A stretch of DNA of 63,286 nt, counting the filler, from Octopus bimaculoides (lineage: Eukaryota), in the NCBI RefSeq assembly GCF_001194135.2. It is 6 parts of 6 records of this genome, joined end to end, with 100 filler letters (N's around TTAATTAATTAA, not from the genome) between each part and the next. Parts side by side here need not be neighbours in the genome. Positions count along the whole stretch, not along the records: positions 47,993 to 53,889 come from NC_068990.1; positions 53,990 to 58,482 come from NC_069006.1; positions 58,583 to 62,138 come from NC_068982.1; positions 62,239 to 63,286 come from NW_026374610.1; 2 more parts are not named here. The stretch is one strand, 5' to 3'. Position numbers and translations under genes: made by a program. The notes under the pieces are model-generated. The model did not search any database, had not been told where the DNA came from, and was given only the letters and a program-made list of their open reading frames with translations. Of the stretch, positions 50,140 to 63,286 are shown one piece after another; the stretch's first letter is position 1; every line of letters begins with the position of its first letter.

Positions 50140-52348
50140 TATTGTACCTAAGGTATGATATGTAGATGCATATAATGCTGAAGGGATGCACCTGATTGAT
50201 TTGGAAATTTGTTTTCCCAAATTATTTATATTAATCATACAATTGGTTCTACCACTAGGACTTCTTACATATGTCAGAAATGGATCTTTCAGGTAGGATT
50301 GAGATGATAAAGTGGAACTCATCTTTGAAGGATATACCTATTCCCAGCAGGAAAGAATATATACAGGGCCTAATCAACCAGCTAAAAAACTTTATAAATA
50401 GAATGAAATGGAAGGCTCATTACTACAATAACAACAATCCTAATAAGAATAATACTAACATGGAAGATATAGACTATATAAAGAGAAACTTCAAATCTAG
50501 GCAGGAACCTTCCAATAATAGAATTATACAGGACTTTGAGGAGAAAATATGGAATGTGGTGAAAAAATATCAAATTCAAAAATGACCCTAACAGACACAA
50601 CAACCACCTCAGCAACTTAGCTAGAAAAATAGAAATATTAAAGTACCAGGATGGAGTTATAGTACAATCTGATAAGACCAGGAATTTATATAGACTGGAT
50701 ACACCACTTTATGATAAGCTACTAGAAAAGGAAATAATGAAAAAATATAAGGTAGTTAATAAAAATAATATAGTTGTTAATAATGATTACAATAATAATA
50801 GTAATAATGATAATGAGAATATGAGCAATAGTAAGAAACAGTAAAGTATACATAAAAAGATATGATATACCTAAGAATAACAATTTAATACCGATGATGT
50901 CTATTTATAATGATAATATAAAAAATACAAAAATAAATAAAAAGGATATTATATGGTTAATTATTCCGTATGGAGATCAAGTTATGACTAATATTATTAA
51001 GAGGACACTTAAAATAGTAAAAATGGTTTTTAAAGAGGACAATAGTTATTCAAATATATTTTCCAATAAAACCATAAGAGTGGGATACTCAACATCGAGA
51101 AATGTAGGCAAAATCATTTCCTCTATAAATAATAAGAAATTAAATAATTATTATAATAGCATAATAAATAATAGCTCTAGCCATAATATAACCGATAGTG
51201 ATAAAAGTCTTAATCAACATATAGAAAAATGTCCATGTCATGATAAGACTAAATCTAAGCTCTCTAATAATTGTAATATCGATAGTGTAAATTATAAATG
51301 TATAGTTAGCTCTAAGAACAATAATGATAAAATTATAAATAAGGCTTACATTGGATCAACAGCTAATGAAATTTAAAGAAGAATATACCAACACTACCAG
51401 AACTTTAAGAATCCCAATTTAAGTAAGTCTACAGGTTTAAGTAAATTTAATATGGGAATTAAAATCTAGAAAAAAAAGCACACTCTTAATTGGAGTATTA
51501 TAGGTAGAGCCCACTCCTATGATATTGGGAATAAAATGTGTTTATGTGTATTATGCATAACTGAATTTATGAAACTACTACAGTCTAAAGATGGTTTATT
51601 AAATACACATGATGAACGAGGAGTTAAATGTAGGCACCAAAGTAATTTTACATTTAGTTAAATGAAATACTGAACCCTCACCCCTGAATCAAATAACCAC
51701 ATAATTTTATTTCTAAAGGACTTGAATAGACTATATAAATAAATAAAAAAATAAGAAATAATGCAATAATTTAAATTAAATAAATATATGAATTAAATAT
51801 TACTAAAATTATATAATAACAAATTATATATACCTCCCAATATAGGTAAATTTGAAAATAATAATAGAGGATAAAACTATATGGATTAAAACTATATGGA
51901 GTGTAATTACCCCTTTGGTACAAATCACCTATAAATACCCATAGTTCCCTGCTATCTTCTTCCTCAAATCACTATTTTAGTACCAGCAAAAAAAGGAAGG
52001 TATATATTTGAATTTTTCTTGTTATATATCACATTTAAACACAAACATTTTTATTCTGATGTTTAATCTTATTTCTCACATTCTGTATTTGACATATACT
52101 TGATTTTACATGATTGATATACATACTAATTCATATTTATAATGTATGATTTATGAATTTTAATTCTTAATATTACAAAGTATAATTTTTATTTTTAATT
52201 CTTAATTCTTAATTTTTAATCTTTAATGCTTGATTGTATTGTATACTTTTAAAGGGATGTAAAATTAGATATATAATATTTCGAAATAGAACCTGAAGAT
52301 GTGTTGGAATAATTGTAAATCTGATGATTGCATATATGNNNNNNNNNN

Positions 52349-52398
<50 letters not shown>

Positions 52399-52820
52399 TA
52401 CACAGTTGTGTATATGTATATATATTATGATCTTCCAATACTGAAACGCGTGTAGTTCCTTCATATTCAATAAATATAAGTATTAACTAAAGTAGGATAT
52501 AATTAATGAAGTATATTATATGCCCTGCTGGTAATTTTGGTTATATCCTTTAAGTATTATTTCGTGATGTGCAAACTGATACCATGAGTTTACTGTCAGA
52601 TATATTCATTAGGCTATTTTTGTATTATCTGAAATAGAATACCCGCATATCGATTAATCTCCCAAAATTGAATTAATGTTGACTTTTATCAGATACTTTG
52701 TATACTTATAGATAAATATATGAATATACGATAAATATGACCCTAAGGTACAATATGTAGATGCATATAATGCTGAAGGATTGCACCTGATTGATTTGGA
52801 AATTTGTTTTCCCAAATTAT
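50140..52820 (+). mobile_element. RT-deleted Penelope-like element with GIY-YIG, pLTR hammerhead and ~80-bp terminal direct repeat
   Basis: KDIPIPSRKEY..RMKWKAHY, SDKTRNLYR, IIWLIIPY..TIRVGYST, CPC..NC..YKC..AYIGST, STGLSK, LLN..CRH; 50147-50225 is repeated at 52742-52820. Confidence 0.85.
52289..52458 (+). ncRNA. Type I hammerhead ribozyme fold in the pLTR of the 50-52.8 kb PLE
   Basis: GAAC-CTGAAGA-T-GTGTTGGAA..loop with (TA)n and a 10-N gap..TTCCAATAC-T-GAAACGCGTGT-A-GTTC; 4-bp stem I, 9-bp stem II. Confidence 0.75.
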
Positions 52821-52991
52821 ATATATATATGAAATATGGAAAATAAATGAACTGTATGCATGAGGGTGTGCATATTTGTGACTTGATTTTGCATGGTAGT
52901 TTTAAATCCTTGTCTCTGTCTCATAAGCAGTATAATTTATTTCCAATATTTTGTAAGAATATATTTACTTGCTTGCAAGATGTATATATAC

Positions 52992-53057
<66 letters not shown>

Positions 53058-53850
53058 ACATGCATTTATCTTCGTGTGGTTTGGTCTGGAGTGGGTGCTG
53101 TTTTATTGATCTTTGCAGATCCTCTAAGACTGGAAATGTATAGCTTTGAGAGAGGGCAGAATCATTATGTTGAACAAAAATTGTCTGTTAGTATTTCGTT
53201 ATGATTAAAACCTTTGAAGACAGAACCCCAAAAGTCTGGTGCCTGATGCCTAATGCCAGTAAAAGAGTGAAACAATAATGACCTGCCTTCATTATCGACT
53301 TAGAATCTTTTACTCTATAGCCCATTTACGAAAGCCTGTGACATACTAAATCATTTATCATAATAAAATATACCCTGTCAGTTATATCTGATACATAAAA
53401 TGAAATTATTATAGTAATTCTGTACATAATCACTGATAATGAAATTGGGAAACTGAATTATTTGATTAAAAATGTCTTTTTGAATTGGATTTAGCTACCG
53501 GTTACAGCAATGTCTGATATAACTGATAAAAAAGAAAAACTGAGAATTTATCTTGGGTATTCTTCATTAGTTAATCTGGGAAGGTCAGTAAACGGCAGAA
53601 TTGGTTGAGTGTTCGATGATGATGTGTTGTGCTAAAATATTATATTTCATTGCATTGTCATTTCAAATCTTACTGTAGCTAATTTTATCAAACACACACA
53701 CACACATACTCCCTCTCTCTCTCTCACACACACACTCACATTTCTCTTTCTCTCTAAATACATATTCATATGCACACATATTCATATATACATAGACACA
53801 CATATACATACATACATATATATGTGTATATAAATATGTGCGTGTGCACG

Positions 53851-53889
<39 letters not shown>

Positions 53890-54054
53890 NNNNNNNNNNN
53901 NNNNNNNNNNNNNNNNNNNNNNNNNNNNNNNNNTTAATTAATTAANNNNNNNNNNNNNNNNNNNNNNNNNNNNNNNNNNNNNNNNNNNNGTCCACAGTCA
54001 AATGACAGAACCAAGTAGAAGAGTAAAGCGTACATATATATATGGAATTTATAG

Positions 54055-54137
<83 letters not shown>

Positions 54138-56848
54138 TGTGTGTGTTAGAGAAAGAGATGATGGTAGAAGTTTGTCGGGACAGAGAAAAGTTATAAGAAT
54201 GCAAACTATGCTATGCTCTAACAAATTACTCTGCAATATGCCATATTTGGTTTCAATTTAGGCACGTGATACATCATTAGATTATGAAAACCGGTGCAAA
54301 TATACTTAAGACAGTAAGCTGATTGTATTTGTATATAATCTTGCCTTTATTAATTAAAGTTACAGCAGTCGTGAGCAGAAATATTCATTAATTTCGTAGT
54401 TAATTCAGTTCACGTAATCAAAGAAACACAACTCTGAAATCCAATAACTTTAATAAATTCTATTCAATTTTCGTACAAAGACTGGCAATTTAGCTTGTTG
54501 GACTACATCTATGCTTGGCAGCATTTCGTTCGTCTTTATGTTCTGAGTTCAAATCCAGCCGAGGTCGATTTTGCTTTTAATCCTTTCGGGGTATCGATAA
54601 AATATATGCCAACTGAGTACAGGAGTCGATGTCATCGACTTAATCCCTCCCTCGTAATTGCTGGCCTTGTGTCAAATTTGGCCTTGTGTCAACCACGTGG
54701 ACAGTGAATATATCCTGGAAACAGCTGTAAAGATCTTACTACACCATCCTATCCGTCACTTGCGAACTTTCATGGATTATACCTACCTCTCTAGGTCACG
54801 TGAACACGAAACTTCTCTCGACTTCTCTTCTACCCATCTTAGAGTGTATCCGTCTTCACCGAATAACGAAGAACTTTCACTCTGTAGATGTTCTCTTTTT
54901 CCAGCTGTGTGTAGTGAGAAGCTTGCTTCTCAATCACATGGCTCTGAGTTCAGTCCCGTTACGTGGCACCTAGAGCAAGTGTCTTGTTCTATAGCCTCGT
55001 GCCGACCAAGGCCTTGTGGTTGTATTCGGTAGACGGAAACTGAAAGAAACCCGTCGTATATGTGTGTGTGTGTGTGAGGGAGTCTTTGTGTCTATTTGTC
55101 TCCCCACCATCGCTTGACAACCGGTGTTGGTTTATTTAAGTCCCCGTAACTGAGCGGTTCGGCAAAATAGCCCAATCGAATAGGTACTAGGCTTACAAAG
55201 AATTAGTTCTGGGGTCGATTTCTTCAACTCTCAGAAACCTTTTAAGTCGCTGCTCCAGCATGGCCGCAGTCAAATGAGTGAAACATATAGAAGATATAAA
55301 GAATATACAAGGCACAGGTGTGGCTGTGTGATAAGAAGCTNNNNNNNNNNNNNNNNNNNNNNNNNNNNNNNNNNNNNNNNNNNNNNNNNNNNNNNNNNNN
55401 NNNNNNNNNNNNNNNNNNNNNNNNNNNNNNNNNNNNNNNNNNNNNNNNNNNNNNNNNNNNNNNNNNNNNNNNNNNNNNNNNNNNNNNNNNNNNNNNNNNN
55501 NNNNNNNNNNNNNNNNNNNNNNNNNNNNNNNNNNNNNNNNNNNNNNNNNNNNNNNNNNNNNNNNNNNNNNNNNNNNNNNNNNNNNNNNNNNNNNNNNNNN
55601 NNNNNNNNNNNNNNNNNNNNNNNNNNNNNNNNNNNNNNNNNNNNNNNNNNNNNNNNNNNNNNNNNNNNNNNNNNNNNNNNNNNNNNNNNNNNNNNNNNNN
55701 NNNNNNNNNNNNNNNNNNNNNNNNNNNNNNNNNNNNNNGACCACCACAATAAATACTGGGCTTACAAAGAAAAAGTCCTGGGGAGGGGACGATGTGTTCG
55801 ACTAAAGGCGGTGCTCCAGCATGGCCGCTGTCAAATGACTGAAACAAGTAAATGAATAAAAGAATTCCTAGAATATCTAGATAACTTTTGTCACATTCTT
55901 GCACACTACTTAGACGCGTGTGTTTTATGCGCGCGCGTGTGTGAGAGAGTGTATATAAATATGTATGTGTATGTGAGTATGTTTACAAATATGTGTAACT
56001 GTATGTATTTATGTAGGTGCTCATATATGTAATTTTGTATATATGCATACACACATATACAAACACATTCACCCATATATGTACTGTATGCATGTATGCA
56101 TGTATGTATGTATGTGTCTGTGTTTGTATGCATTTATGTGTGTGCATATTACGTACGTCTGAATGTGTGCATGTGTCTGTGTGTGTGTAATATGTTACCT
56201 CCCCCTCCCCCAAACACGACTACCAGCTTTTGCAATGTCGTGATTCGTTGCCTTAACTGCTGAATCAGCGATTTTCACTCGCAATGTTTACAGCCCCGTC
56301 AATATCACCACAACCACCACCACTACCATCATAACCACCACCACCACCACCACCACCACTTTCTCTCCAACACCACCTTTTTCTCCTTCCCCCTCTCTCT
56401 CTCATTACGGGTGTAATCCAAATTAATTAAAGCGTAATTAACTCACTACAGTATGTTGACACAAATGTTGCCATTTAATAAAGCGTTCATTCCTCAAATG
56501 AAATCCAAATATGGTAAATATTGCCGAGCAGCCATTCCTTATATCGAGAAGATGCACAGCGCTGTATGTAGGGCGTTACACACCATATCGCAAGACTGGG
56601 GTTTCGATTCTCGAACTGGTGTGATGCGGTGTGGTCTTGAGCAAGACACTTCATTTCACGTTGCTGCAGTCTACTCAGCTGTAGAAATGAGTTGCAGGAA
56701 ACAGAAGGGAAAGTAACCCTGTGACGGTCTGGCGTTCCGGCCACGTGGCATTGTTTTCACCTCGGTCACTAATGCGCCCTAGGATCCGGCTTAGATCCAG
56801 CCTTATGATTCCTAGGGTTCTTAACGGACCTTACGCAGTACATAGTCT

Positions 56849-56898
<50 letters not shown>

Positions 56899-58657
56899 TG
56901 CATAAGTTTGGCTGCGTGGTAAGCGGCATGTTTCCTAAGCGCATGGTTCCGTGTTTGGACCACTGAGTGACATCTTCGGCAAGTGTCTTCTACTATAGCC
57001 ACGGGCCGACCGAAGACTCGGGAATTTGGTAAGAAACTGAAGGAAGCCCGTCGTATTTTATATATGTGTATGTGTGTGTATCAGGACTGCATGTCAGCCG
57101 GTGTTGGTGCATCTACGTCCCCGTAACTTAGCGGCTGAGCGAAAAGAGACCGATACCAAACTTTTAAAAATATAAATAAATAAGTACTCGGATTGATTTG
57201 ATCGACTAAACATTTTTCAAGGCGGTAGTGCCCTAGCATGGCCGCAGTCTAATGACTGAAATTAGTGAAAGATACAAGAAAAAATGATGCATGTATGTAG
57301 AATAGATGCATATATGGATGGATGGATGTATGGATGGATAATCAGGGAAAGTACATTGATGGTTAAATTTTAATTAAATATAACATTTGATCACTTGTTT
57401 TGTTTTTTTATTCAGAGTGCTCAAACGAAGTATTAGCTCCCGTTTTATAGACTATCCACCACAAAAGACTATCACTACACACCGCTAAAAGATATGCTGC
57501 AGCATGGCCGTAATCCAATGGCTGAAACCAATAATCGACATACATTCGTTAACGTTCAAGATGTTTCTTCTTTCTTGGCACTTCGTCGGTTGCAACGAGG
57601 GTGTACCAGTTGATCCGATCAACGGAACAGCCTGCTCGTGTAATTAACGCGCTAGTGGCTGAGTGCTCCACAGACATGTGTACTCTTAACGTAGTTCTCG
57701 AGAAGATTCAGCGTGATACAGAGTGTGACAAGGCTGACCCNNNNNNNNNNGCCCCTTTGAATTACAGCTACAGCAGAAACAGGAAGAAAGAGTGAGAGAA
57801 AGTTGTGGTGAAAGAGTAGAGCAAGGTTCGCCACCATCTCCTGCCGGAACCTCGTGGAGCTTTAGGTGTTTTCGCTCAAAAAACACTCACAACGCCCTGT
57901 CTGAGAATCGAAACTGCGATCCTACGACCACGAGTCCGCTTCCCTAACCACTGGGCAATTGCAAGATGCAAGCAACAGAAAAATATAGAAAGCGTGAGGT
58001 GCCGAGCGTCCCCACCGCCGCCATCATAACCGTTTCCGCCACCACCTTCATCGTTACCATCATCGCCACCGCCGCCATTACCACCAGGATGGCTGGATTC
58101 TGTAGGAAGATACTTTGACGTTGATTAGTAATAATAATGGTAGAACCGTTCCTATGGTTGGATGCGGTTCTTTGCATTGTCATTGTTCGTATCTCTTCGA
58201 ACGAGGCTCAAAAAACAAAATCGTTAACTCATAATCCAACCCTAAACAAAACATATTAGACATTCAGGCTGCTTGGACAAGCGCTTCATCTACCTCCACC
58301 TTTCTCTCTCTCTCTCTGTCTCTGTCTCTCTTTCCTTTTTATCTCTCTCTCTCCCTCTTTCTCTCTCCTGTTAATATATACACACACATACATAGTCGTA
58401 TACGTGGATGTTACAAATATATAATGTGTGTGCTTGTGGGTGCACGTATAATATGATATATATATATATATATATATATATANNNNNNNNNNNNNNNNNN
58501 NNNNNNNNNNNNNNNNNNNNNNNNNNTTAATTAATTAANNNNNNNNNNNNNNNNNNNNNNNNNNNNNNNNNNNNNNNNNNNNTTCTAATATAGCCTCTGG
58601 TCGACAAAAGTCTTGTGAGTGGATTTGGCGGACGGAAACTTAAAGAAGCCCGTCGTA

Positions 58658-58688
<31 letters not shown>

Positions 58689-58747
58689 GTATGTATTATG
58701 GTAGCTTAGCGTGAGGCATTATTCTATAGTAATGCCCTTATATAAAT

Positions 58748-58793
<46 letters not shown>

Positions 58794-59169
58794 GCGCGTG
58801 TGTGTGTGCGCGTGTGCGTATATCTTTGTGTCTGTATGTCAACCAAACCCACTCACAGGGCTTTGGTCGGCTCGAGGGTATAGTAGAAGACACTTGTCCA
58901 ATGTGCCACGCAGTGGGACTGAACCCCGAGCCATGTGATTGGAAAGCAAGCTACTTGCCACACAGCCACTCCTGCGCCTATGTATACATATATATATAGA
59001 CATATATTTGCATACATGCATGCATAAAAAGGCTACGGATGATCCCTCGATAGGTTGCAGGCAATGGATGGCGAATGAGATCTATCCCAACTGCTCCAAC
59101 TTACACTCCAACTGCTCGAATTTCAGCGACAAAAAACTACAACTACAGGCAACCTACGTTGATAAAAAC

Positions 59170-60720
59170 AATGTTGTTATCCCCACAAACCATTAGAGTT
59201 GCACAGCAATTACGAAATGTACCAGAGCAGTGAAATTTTCTCCTGAGAAGATTATAGACAATAGCGGCTATGACCGAGACGAGCAAACAACACAACCGCG
59301 ATGCAATGTGGTTAGAGGGGCTACCAAGTGAGAGCAGTACAAACGTCTCCCCACGAGTTTATATCGTCAATGAAACTCTCCTAACATTCGTTGCAAAACT
59401 GCTGAGCGTGAAATCAAACAGGAGAGACCTGGAAGTCGGTTATTGGGATAGAATGCTTACATTTTACACAGCAGCCCTCTTTAATCTGTTAAAAAAAAAA
59501 CAACAAAAGACATCAACGAACTCTGTGATAAGTAACGGTAGGTAATTGCACGTATAACACTAGTAGATAAAAACCAGGCGAGACATGTGACTAAAAGCTT
59601 CATGCCCGTAGCGTTCATGCATGTGATGTGTAAATTAAGCACGGAATGTTTTTTTACTCAGGATCACTGCGAAAGACATAATATAATCCTTTCTACTATA
59701 GGCACAAGGCCTGAAATTTGGGGGCGAGTGGACCAGTCGATTACATCAACCTCACTGTTTCACTGGTACTTAATTTATCGACCCCGAAAGGATGAAAGGA
59801 AAAGTCGACCTCAGCGGAATTTGAACTCAGAACGTAGCAACGGGCGAAATACCGTTAAGCGTTTCGCTCAGAGTGCTAACGATTCTACCATAATGACTGA
59901 AGAATAAGGCAGAAGGAGAAAAAGGAGTATGAGACTGTGCTGAACAACTTCTCATCAACAAAGCAGTTCTTAAGGAAGCTGTTAGGCTGTACAGCTAGAC
60001 TATAAGAAAGTATTTGACTTTATTCCGCACTCATGGATTATAGTCACAACGCCTGCTAAAATTCTAACTGCGATTGTGAATGCTATTGAGAGGCTCACAA
60101 CAGGGTCATGAAACTATCATTAAGTACTGAAGTTACCATTATAGTCACTAACAGAATTAGGCCATCAACGGGAATATACTTCATGGTGACAGCTTATCTG
60201 TAATGCTTTTTGTTCTAGTAGTGAACCCATTCTTAGGTCTGTTGAAGAAACGCAAAAGCTGCATGAAATACGAACGCTACACATGAAAGTACGATAAATC
60301 TCCCCCAGACTTTTTTAAGACCATAAACTGTACTCGTGTAATATTCCAGATGCAGTTAGAACTTACAGGGCATAGCAATGGAATTTAGTGTTCATATTTG
60401 GTAATCAAACGAGAAAAGATTGTTTACTAGGCAAAGAGTACGGATATCAATGGTTTGTCTACAAATATCTTGGAATTAACGAGAAACTTGCATACTTTGT
60501 TACCGTGACCAAAGCTAGAGAGACAGACTTCGGAAGATATGGAAGATAGAACTGCCTCCATTCAAGAAATCTATATCCAACAATGCTTTTGCAGTACCAT
60601 TGTAGAGTGATTCGCATTCTCCAGAAACAAGCCATTGAAGTAACATGGACATATCAGAGATTCTCTATTTGGGGTTCTCCTATATGCATTCTGTTTATTG
60701 TATCCGCAGGAATACTAATT
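59170..60720 (+). mobile_element. Degenerate R4/Dong-like (RLE-clade) LINE RT, interrupted by a SINE
   Basis: VAKLLSVKS..D..VGYW; EQLLINKAVL; LDYKK.FD.IPHSWI; GILHGDSLSVMLFVL.VNP. Confidence 0.7.
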
Positions 60721-60795
60721 GAGGATATTGCTTCATTCCACTTCTATCTGCTATTTGCGTACAAACACACACACGCACACATGCACACACACGCC

Positions 60796-60900
<105 letters not shown>

Positions 60901-61593
60901 ATCTAAACCGTCTACGAAAACTATNNNNNNNNNNNNNNNNNNNNNNNNNNNNNNNNNNNNNNNNNNNNNNNNNNNNNNNNNNNNNNNNNNNNNNNNNNNN
61001 NNNNNNNNNNNNNNNNNNNNNNNNNNNNNNNNNNNNNNNNNNNNNNNNNNNNNNNNNNNNNNNNNNNNNNNNNNNNNNNNNNNNNNNNNNNNNNNNNNNN
61101 NNNNNNNNNNNNNNNNNNNNNNNNNNNNNNNNNNNNNNNNNNNNNNNNNNNNNNNNNNNNNNNNNNNNNNNNNNNNNNNNNNNNNNNNNNNNNNNNNNNN
61201 NNNNNNNNNNNNNNNNNNNNNNNNNNNNNNNNNNNNNNNNNNNNNNNNNNNNNNNNNNNNNNNNNNNNNNNNNNNNNNNNNNNNNNNNNNNNNNNNNNNN
61301 NNNNNNNNNNNNNNNNNNNNNNNNNNNNNNNNNNNNNNNNNNNNNNNNNNNNNNNNNNNNNNNNNNNNNNNNNNNNNNNNNNAATTACGCAAAAATGAAA
61401 ATAACACTCACATTTCGTTTTGTAGATGTGTGCACACATCTACAAAATGACTTTCTAAAATGAAATTCCATTATGCAGCTGAGGAGTACATTTTCATTGT
61501 ACATTCTATGTAGTGTTCTCACTACATGAATAAATGGAGCTTGTACGAAACGTAAGTACCGCTATAACCTATTGAATTTTTGTTGCTTTTCTT

Positions 61594-61631
<38 letters not shown>

Positions 61632-62083
61632 TACACAAGAGACTAAAAGAATGCACACACATACACGCACACATATTAAATAAATATATTTACGTATACA
61701 TATCGGTCGTTCTAAAAAGAGACTATAGATAACTTTTATATAACATAGGTGTCACGCTTCTTCATGTATGTGTTCATATCTTATCTATCTTTCTTTAATT
61801 CTTCAACTAAAGTTATACTATGATTTTCTGAAATGTTTACGTTTCCATAGTACAATAACTATTGTCAAGACCGAACTGCAATTCCTATGTTCATCTTTGG
61901 TTTCTTAAATATTTGCTGTTGATTTAATCTGTCTGACGTCAAATTCTGAATAACGAATAAAATGTCGAAGGTCACGTGTCAGGTTATTACTATAACAAAG
62001 CCTCGGTTATCACAAACAGCTCTTTTCTTTTATATTTATTATAACCAAATAATACATACATACATGCATACATACATACAAAC

Positions 62084-62138
<55 letters not shown>

Positions 62139-62554
62139 NNNNNNNNNNNNNNNNNNNNNNNNNNNNNNNNNNNNNNNNNNNNTTAATTAATTAANNNNNN
62201 NNNNNNNNNNNNNNNNNNNNNNNNNNNNNNNNNNNNNNAATTACTGTGGGCACAAACACACAGACACAATGAAAACAGTTTTTTGAAACACATAATGACT
62301 TGCATGTAAACATTATAACATACTCGTGGATACAGTCTCATACAAACATCCAGTTGCTTAGAAAGCACAGGCACACACACACACACAAACACAACACACA
62401 CGCGAATACACACTCATGTACACACATATTAATACTTATTCATTCAGATAAACTACTATACTGAACTTACACACAGACAACATACTTATTCCTCATGCAT
62501 ACTTATTTTACATAAATATATGCATACATATATATGTGTATATGTATACATATA

Positions 62555-62620
<66 letters not shown>

Positions 62621-62980
62621 CCTGCATGCTAATATATAAGCAACTATTTATGTACACTTATACAAACACACACACATGACACACACATATTTGTTCACAT
62701 ATACGTATGTGTATGACTACGTATATAAATACGCACAAATATTTAATCAAAGATATACACATACACTCACACACATCTACAGAAATACCAGTAATCTCAC
62801 AAATGTATGCTACATAGACCAGTGCCTTCAAGCACACACACACACACACATGCATTCAGACACACACAAGCATACAAACAATCTGTTACATGTTTTCATA
62901 ATTACATATAAACACCCACATATTGGCACATTTACAATGCAGGCAAATTTCACATGAGCATAAAGACAAAAAGACAATGT

Positions 62981-63013
<33 letters not shown>

Positions 63014-63015
63014 TT

Positions 63016-63050
<35 letters not shown>

Positions 63051-63286
63051 GGAAAAGTACATTTTCTTGGACATATATATGCATCATCATCATCATCATC
63101 ATCATCAACATCATCATTTGATGCTTGCTTTCCATGCAGTCAGTGGCTGGACAGGAGCCGGCCAGGCACGAGACATGTGGTACCCCAGGCTTCTTTCTAC
63201 CACATATCTGTCTATCTGTCTATCTGTATATCTATCTATCTCCCCCTCTCTCTCTCTCTCTCTAAATATATATATATATATATATA

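Noticed and set aside
56400-56450. Homeodomain-site cluster (TAATCC, TAATTA x2) as an enhancer
   Set aside because: Such motifs are expected by chance in AT-rich DNA; no conservation data available

Overview
This is AT-rich, microsatellite- and repeat-dense animal genomic DNA from a gapped draft assembly. The SINE families and repeat landscape suggest a cephalopod (Octopus-like); that assignment is inference. Two host genes are visible. On the + strand are ten phase-consistent GT-AG exons of PIKfyve/FAB1 (1172-17113), stopping before the PIP kinase domain. On the - strand are two exons of the formin DAAM GBD/FH3 region (43625-43490, 37261-37064). The genes converge, and I could find the 3' half of neither. 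The rest is a nested transposon graveyard: several Penelope-like elements (PLEs) with a C-terminal GIY-YIG and a CxCx5Cx5C motif (Naiad-like), RTE, CR1/L2-like and R4-like LINEs, a Helitron, piggyBac, Tc1, mariner, MITEs and three tRNA-derived SINE families. The main finding is four hammerhead-ribozyme folds read by hand in PLE termini, from three families, all with (near-)palindromic stem III. Two families share an unusual U.U at 10.1/11.1 and a very long loop II. One compact motif lies sense in a PIKfyve intron and carries a U4C core change. Also notable are a 10.3-kb head-to-head PLE composite between the two truncated genes and an in-frame Tc1-HTH/piggyBac chimeric ORF. No homology searches were run; family calls come from motif recognition and repeat boundaries are approximate.
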